Shown here piece by piece: positions 59,227 through 64,000 of a stretch of DNA of 64,000 nt. This stretch comes from Candidatus Bathyarchaeota archaeon. Its GTDB lineage: Archaea; Thermoproteota; Bathyarchaeia; Bathyarchaeales; Bathycorpusculaceae. The translations under genes and the position numbers were made by a program. Numbering within the stretch: the first letter of the stretch is position 1; each line of letters opens with the position of its first letter. The DNA lies in assembly GCA_963827165.1 (NCBI GenBank), contig CAWGZR010000005.1:480001-544000 (forward strand). The letters are read 5' to 3'. The notes under the pieces are model-generated. The model did no database searches. It was not told the DNA's origin and worked only from the letters and a program-made list of their open reading frames with translations.

Positions 59227-60220
59227 AGGTTTCCATGATGCCTCTGCCAAATTTGGCGAATTGCGCTAGCAGTGCGCTCAGCTGTATGTCGCTGTTGGCG
59301 CCTTGGGTAAGGCGGTAATCATACTCGCCAATTATGTTTGAGATTTCTGCTTTCTGCTCAGGAGTCAAATCTGACATTTTGAAAATTTCCCTTAGTACCT
59401 GCTTTATTATTTCTGAGCCCGAGAACCCGTAGGAACCCATTATTTCATACATTTTCTTTCTCGCTTCCATGAAGTCGCCGAACAAGGCTTTTCTAATCAT
59501 CTGCTGAACTTGCGCTGGGCTAGCTTCTCCTGTCACCAACGACACGGTTTTCTCATCTACCACTCCCTCCCTGTAGGAAGCTGCCGTCTGCAACGTGTTA
59601 ATCGCGTGCCTAAGGTCGCCTTCTGAGAAATCCACTATTCTTTCAGCTGCTTCCGCCGACAGGTCAACTTTTTCTCTTTTAGCTATGCACAGAAGTTGTT
59701 CTTTCATCGCTCGCTTATCAAGCCTTGAAAAACGGAAGATTGCGCACCGGCTCTGTATGGGCTCGATTATTTTGCTTGATTGGTTGCAGATGAGAATGAA
59801 CCTTGATGTGCGCGAACCCGTCTCCATTATTCTTCTAAGAGCGGTTTGGGCTGGACCTGTCATCTGGTCGCACTCGTCCAGGATGATTAAGGAGAAGGGC
59901 ACGTTTTCGAACCCTGAGCGGCTGTAGCGTGAGAAATCCTTTATTCTTTCTCGAACTGTGTCGATGCCTCTTTCATCAGATGCGTTAAGCTCAAGGGTGA
60001 AGCTTTTCCAATTAGGTCCGAAAAGTTCGTGTGCGATACAGATAGCAAGGGTGGTTTTGCCTGTGCCTGGTATGCCTGCGAACATTAGGTGGGGCATGGT
60101 TTTGGGATTTTTCATGAAAGCTTTGAGGCTCTCAACTATGTCGCGTAAGTCCACGACTTCGTTGAGGTTTTTCGGTCGGTACTTTTCGACCCACATCAAT
60201 GCTTCTTCGTTAGTTGCCAT
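59216..60220 (-). CDS. rfcS: Replication factor C small subunit
   Basis: WVEKYRP, GIPGTGKTT, ELNASDERGID, DECD, IQSRC. Confidence 0.96.
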   Translation of the reverse strand: MATNEEALMWVEKYRPKNLNEVVDLRDIVESLKAFMKNPKTMPHLMFAGIPGTGKTTLAICIAHELFGPNWKSFTLELNASDERGIDTVRERIKDFSRYSRSGFENVPFSLIILDECDQMTGPAQTALRRIMETGSRTSRFILICNQSSKIIEPIQSRCAIFRFSRLDKRAMKEQLLCIAKREKVDLSAEAAERIVDFSEGDLRHAINTLQTAASYREGVVDEKTVSLVTGEASPAQVQQMIRKALFGDFMEARKKMYEIMGSYGFSGSEIIKQVLREIFKMSDLTPEQKAEISNIIGEYDYRLTQGANSDIQLSALLAQFAKFGRGIMETYEK

Positions 60221-60329
60221 TAAGTGAACACCTTTCACAGTAAATTATAACAATAAGAGGTTAGGAGTTACCCATTTAAGTTTTCCCCAGTCGCTCCCAC
60301 TTTGTCGGGCAAGGACATTTGAGTCTAAG

Positions 60330-60662
60330 TTAGCCGATTTTGCTGCCTTCGGCCATATCTTTCTCGGGCATGAGCACCGAAACGTGATCTTCACTATCTC
60401 CAGCAGCCAAAATCATGCATTGCGATTCAACGCCCGCTAACATCCTCCTCTGCAAGTTTAAGAGGAAAACGCATTTTTTGCCGACCAATTCTTCAGGCGC
60501 ATAATACTTTAACAGCCCTGCGACAGCCTGCCTTTTTTCTGTCCCGAAGTCGACGATAATTTTGATGAGTTTTTTTGAGTTAGGAATAGGCAACGCTTCA
60601 ATTACTTTTCCTATTCGCAGGTCAAGTTTCTGGAATTCGGCAAACGATACTTCTTCAGTCAA
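60330..60662 (-). CDS. Stand-alone tRNA-binding OB-fold protein (MetRS C-terminal/Trbp111/CsaA family)
   Basis: FQKLDLRIGKV, RQAVAGL, LVGK, NL..R.LAGVESQCMILAA. Confidence 0.9.
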   Translation of the reverse strand: MTEEVSFAEFQKLDLRIGKVIEALPIPNSKKLIKIIVDFGTEKRQAVAGLLKYYAPEELVGKKCVFLLNLQRRMLAGVESQCMILAAGDSEDHVSVLMPEKDMAEGSKIG

Positions 60663-60685
60663 ATGGGTCACACACAAACGATAGT

Positions 60686-61375
60686 TCACTTTTCAGCGAT
60701 ATTTACTTTACTTTCAGAAATCAACCTGTTTCTCTCTATCGTCGCTAACTTGTGAGCTTGCAGGGTCGGCGCTGGAACTCGCATTTTGGATGTATGCATA
60801 ACGATCTTGATGGCTGATTCAAGGGAAATCATGTTTCCGACGCTGACAAAAATCGGTTTTGAACCTTGCTTCGTGCATACGACTGCCCCGACAACTTCGT
60901 TTTTGTCAACCAAAAATGTTTGACCCTCCCGCTCCACTGAGTCACCTATTAAGCGGCTTTTCGCCGCGCCAATCGTTGGTTTCCCCATAGCGAGTCCAAG
61001 GTGGCTGGCGAATCCACACCTGAACGGGTGAGCCCAGCCCTGCGCGTCGACTATAAAGACGTCGGGTTGAATCTTCAGTTTCTTAATAGCTGCGATCGCA
61101 GGTGGGATTTCTCTGAAGGCAAGCAACGTTGGGATGTAGGGCATTTTCACTGGGCATGTTGCAACTTGGGATTCCAAAAGGCTCAGCGATTGGTAATCCA
61201 AAACCGCTACAGCTCCAACGCCAACTCCGCCAACATATGAAACGTCTATGCCCGCGACCGTTTTGATTTGTTCTGGCAACTTGTCTTCCAGAATTATTTT
61301 TTTTGATAGGCAAACCTGGATTTTGCGAGCTTTTTTCACTGAGAAATTCTTCGTTAGCTTGTGTGGCTGACTCAA
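60686..61375 (-). CDS. nfi: Endonuclease V
   Basis: AGIDVSY, PYIPTLLAFRE, DAQGWAHP, GFASHLG, IGAAKS. Confidence 0.93.
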   Translation of the reverse strand: MSQPHKLTKNFSVKKARKIQVCLSKKIILEDKLPEQIKTVAGIDVSYVGGVGVGAVAVLDYQSLSLLESQVATCPVKMPYIPTLLAFREIPPAIAAIKKLKIQPDVFIVDAQGWAHPFRCGFASHLGLAMGKPTIGAAKSRLIGDSVEREGQTFLVDKNEVVGAVVCTKQGSKPIFVSVGNMISLESAIKIVMHTSKMRVPAPTLQAHKLATIERNRLISESKVNIAEK

Positions 61376-62043
61376 ACTTTAGCCTTTCGCGGTTGGCGTT
61401 TGGCTGATGGTTTAGATGGCTCAAACTTCCTCAGGTAATCTTCAAGAGATTTTCTGCGAACTTCAACGGTTATGTCGCCGCGTGTGGTTTCGATTATTCT
61501 TCGAGCAATGTCGGACTTATGCCGAAGTCCTGGAACAAGCATGTACGCTTCATCTAAAGCAAGAAGTTGAATGAAGACTTGGTCCATGATTTGGAGGCAT
61601 TCTTCGCCTTTTCTGACTTCGCCCTCACGCAAGTTATCAAGGGCTAAACGCCTGTACTCACCAATTACATCTGCTAATCCAAGCACATAATCGGTTGAGG
61701 GCACGTTGATTTCAGCTGGAGTAACGAAACGGGACTCCTTAAGCAACGCAAAAAAGATTCGTGCTTCCGAATACTCCTGAAGCGCCGCGCTAAACATGCC
61801 GCCGTAGATGATTTCTGGACAATCTTCTGATAAGCGCTGGAGGTTAGAGATTTTCTCTTTCGCCTCGGCGATGAGTTTTTCAGCTTCCTCATATTTTTTC
61901 TGGTGGATTAGAAGTATAGCTTGTTTGGAGAGGCTCGTTGCTTTGCGCATGCTTTCATGGGTTTCTTCGCGGATCTTATTTTTCTGCATGAGCTCGTTTT
62001 TTACTTCTTGGAGAATACTTTCCAGATTGGACAAGGGCATCAT
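61372..62043 (-). CDS. Translin/TRAX (C3PO-like) family protein
   Basis: ALQEYSEA, DYVLGLADVIGEYRR, GLRHKSD. Confidence 0.88.
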   Translation of the reverse strand: MMPLSNLESILQEVKNELMQKNKIREETHESMRKATSLSKQAILLIHQKKYEEAEKLIAEAKEKISNLQRLSEDCPEIIYGGMFSAALQEYSEARIFFALLKESRFVTPAEINVPSTDYVLGLADVIGEYRRLALDNLREGEVRKGEECLQIMDQVFIQLLALDEAYMLVPGLRHKSDIARRIIETTRGDITVEVRRKSLEDYLRKFEPSKPSAKRQPRKAKV

Positions 62044-62105
62044 CAGAATATCTTGAATTGTTTCGAGGTTTATTTCAATTTCTTTAAAGAACGCTGGCGT
62101 GGCGC

Positions 62106-62288
62106 TTAAGCGTCTGGCCATTTCTCAATTAACACTTTGGTATCCCCTAAAGCGAAGCTTACTTTGACAAATCTTGAATCGGTTATTTTGAATGGGGACA
62201 TGCTGTCTTCCGCTAGGTCTTTAGGCAGATAAACCATGTATTTGCCATCCTTTCTCCGGAACAGGCGTTCCTTTCCTTCACTAACCAT
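62106..62288 (-). CDS. Small AbrB-like protein
   Basis: MVSEGKERLFRRKDGKYMVYLPKDLAEDSMSPF, a swapped-hairpin-like pattern. Confidence 0.6.
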   Translation of the reverse strand: MVSEGKERLFRRKDGKYMVYLPKDLAEDSMSPFKITDSRFVKVSFALGDTKVLIEKWPDA

Positions 62289-62413
62289 ACATATAACCGC
62301 TTGGCCGTTAACTTATTTGGCAAAAAATAACTATTCAAGCTTTATCCGCTGATTTTTTCCGTCAAACATTTGTTTGGATGCAAAATGCTATGTTTAGGTG
62401 TCGCTTAGACCAC

Positions 62414-63376
62414 TCAAACTTTGATTGGCTTCTTCAGTTTGCTCAGCAACACGACTCTGCTTTCAGGTGCTTCGTCAATAACCATGTAGCCAGTTTTCTC
62501 TGCCAGATGCTTAGCAAAATCCAGAACTTCAATGTGCATGGGCATGCGTTCAAAGCTTAAGCGCAGGTTTGAGAAGCCAATATGCATGTATGCTTTTGTT
62601 TCGATATAGGTAGGGTTTGCTTTCTCGACAAGTTTAGCGTACTCATCCACGCAATTCATGTTTAGCTTTTTTACTAAAGTCGTCCGCAAAACCGTTGGGC
62701 ACTTAAAACTCTGCAGCAAACCGAGCGTTTCGTTGAGTTTTGACCATGCGCCTGGGAACTCCGGTCGGCAAACCCGTTTGTATATTTGCTCGTTTGGCGC
62801 GCAAAGTGAAACGTAGAGTTGGGTGGGTTCTTGGCTGAGTTTTGAAAGTTTGGCTGGAAGTGTTCCATTGGTTACGAGGAAGGTGGTTAAGCCTTTATTG
62901 TGGAAAGCATGGATTAGCTCACCCAGAGGTTCATAAAGCGTCGGTTCCCCCGTTAAGCTTATGGCAACCTGCTTAGGCGTGAGCGCTTCTTGAAATTTGC
63001 GCCAGTTCGCTTTTTCATTGCCCTTGTAACCTGTCAAAATTTTTTCTTGCGCCTTGAAGCAACCTTCAACAATAGTTTCAGGCGAGTCTACTTTTGGGAT
63101 TTTTGTTTCATCCCATGTGACCTGCAAATCTCCGCTTTGCGCTCTCCAACAGAACAGGCATTGCTGGGTACAGTAGTAAAGGCTGGGAGTCATTTGGATG
63201 CATCTGTGTGACTTTATGCCATAAAACTTCTGTTTATAACAGGGTCGATCGTTGATTATGGATTCGTAGAGCCATTTGCACCTTTTGACGGCTGAATGGC
63301 TTCCTACCAAATGGTATTTTTGTTTTCTTAGGGCGCTGGAAAGCGCGGCTGCAGGGTTTTCGTCCACTTCTTCCAC
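62414..63376 (-). CDS. taw1: Radical SAM 4-demethylwyosine synthase Taw1/TYW1
   Basis: HSAVKRCKW, CYKQKFYGIKSHRCIQMTP, CTQQCLFCWR, SLTGEPTLY. Confidence 0.96.
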   Translation of the reverse strand: MEEVDENPAAALSSALRKQKYHLVGSHSAVKRCKWLYESIINDRPCYKQKFYGIKSHRCIQMTPSLYYCTQQCLFCWRAQSGDLQVTWDETKIPKVDSPETIVEGCFKAQEKILTGYKGNEKANWRKFQEALTPKQVAISLTGEPTLYEPLGELIHAFHNKGLTTFLVTNGTLPAKLSKLSQEPTQLYVSLCAPNEQIYKRVCRPEFPGAWSKLNETLGLLQSFKCPTVLRTTLVKKLNMNCVDEYAKLVEKANPTYIETKAYMHIGFSNLRLSFERMPMHIEVLDFAKHLAEKTGYMVIDEAPESRVVLLSKLKKPIKV

Positions 63377-63583
63377 CGAAATTTAGATACAGATAGCTGC
63401 TTCATTCTTTTAAAAATCATGTTTCCGATGTTCACTTTGAGCTTGGACGTTTCCAGCATGATTTTGATTCGGCATCGTGGTTTTTTTGCGGGCGGTTTAA
63501 ATGGCAAAGTTTAAAATCCTCTCTTAATTAATCATGAGGCAATTACAGAAGAGAGTATCTATATTTCGGGAGAGTAGAGTGGT

Positions 63584-64000
63584 TTGAATAAGAAGATTGT
63601 CGCGGTTACCATCTTAGCATTTATGTTCTTAGCAGTAGCTATTGCGCCCTTCGTCAATGTTCATGGACAAGGCAGTCAACTTGGGGTAAGCATAATACAA
63701 GTTGTTCCAGCATCTGAGGCGAACTCGCTTGTCCAAACACCCAGCGTCTACAACGGTTCGTCTGGTCAAATCTACAATGTTAAAGGGACAATTTACCTGA
63801 GCAACAGCACCTACAATATAATAATGGGAGAAACGATTGTGGCAAGCGGCACAGCCGACGGTTTCTACGTTAATACCAACTTTACTGTTCCCCAACTTCC
63901 AGGCGGAGACTACAACTTCCTAATTGAAGACATCAAGGAAGGAAACCTAAACTCCACCGGCTCAACTCCTGCACAATTTTTGATTACACCTGGCTACACC
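63584..64000 (+). CDS. Secreted or cell-surface protein with Ig-like beta-rich region (partial)
   Basis: Manual translation MNKKIVAVTILAFMFLAVAIAPFVNVHG (signal peptide), open to the window end, several N-x-S/T sequons. Confidence 0.8.
   Translation, partial: MNKKIVAVTILAFMFLAVAIAPFVNVHGQGSQLGVSIIQVVPASEANSLVQTPSVYNGSSGQIYNVKGTIYLSNSTYNIIMGETIVASGTADGFYVNTNFTVPQLPGGDYNFLIEDIKEGNLNSTGSTPAQFLITPGYT

Noticed and set aside
2726-63895. Many antisense or overlapping ORFs in the six-frame track (e.g. 2726..3142, 5005..5466, 50108..50677, 63629..63895)
   Set aside because: Shadows of well-supported genes on the other strand or frame, with no motifs of their own.
1-64000. tRNA, rRNA, IS element, integrase or defence-system genes
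   Set aside because: None recognised by eye; a tRNAscan-SE/Infernal run would be needed to exclude them formally.

Overview
Core-genome archaeal chromosomal segment. The combination of PolD DP1/DP2, Elf1, Gins15 and Gins23, a thaumarchaeosortase-like protein, GGTGA-type SD motifs and many TTG/GTG starts fits Bathyarchaeia (inference). The left end holds the probable replication origin: orc1/cdc6, four ORB boxes and an AT-rich DUE, between the two PolD genes. Beside the origin is a three-gene module of unknown function (a wHTH protein, a membrane-anchored coiled-coil wHTH protein and a helical protein) embedded in three dense clusters of TGTGAA / YGTGAY hexamers. This is my best candidate for an undescribed system, possibly an origin tether or segregation apparatus with no ParA gene in the window. 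The rest is mostly replication, transcription and translation genes (srp54-pus10-rpl21e-rpo4; dph2-csl4-rpoL-tfs-pcn-priL-priS-gins15-rpl44e-rps27e-nop10; mcm-gins23; rfcSL), metabolic genes and two ABC-2 exporters. Items absent from the ORF track: aIF2-alpha reduced to a 52-codon remnant, a C/D-box guide sRNA upstream of srp54, two 10-bp-phased arrays, and nop10. About ten single-base frameshifts in conserved genes point to assembly indel errors. No rRNA, tRNA, CRISPR array or transposase was seen.
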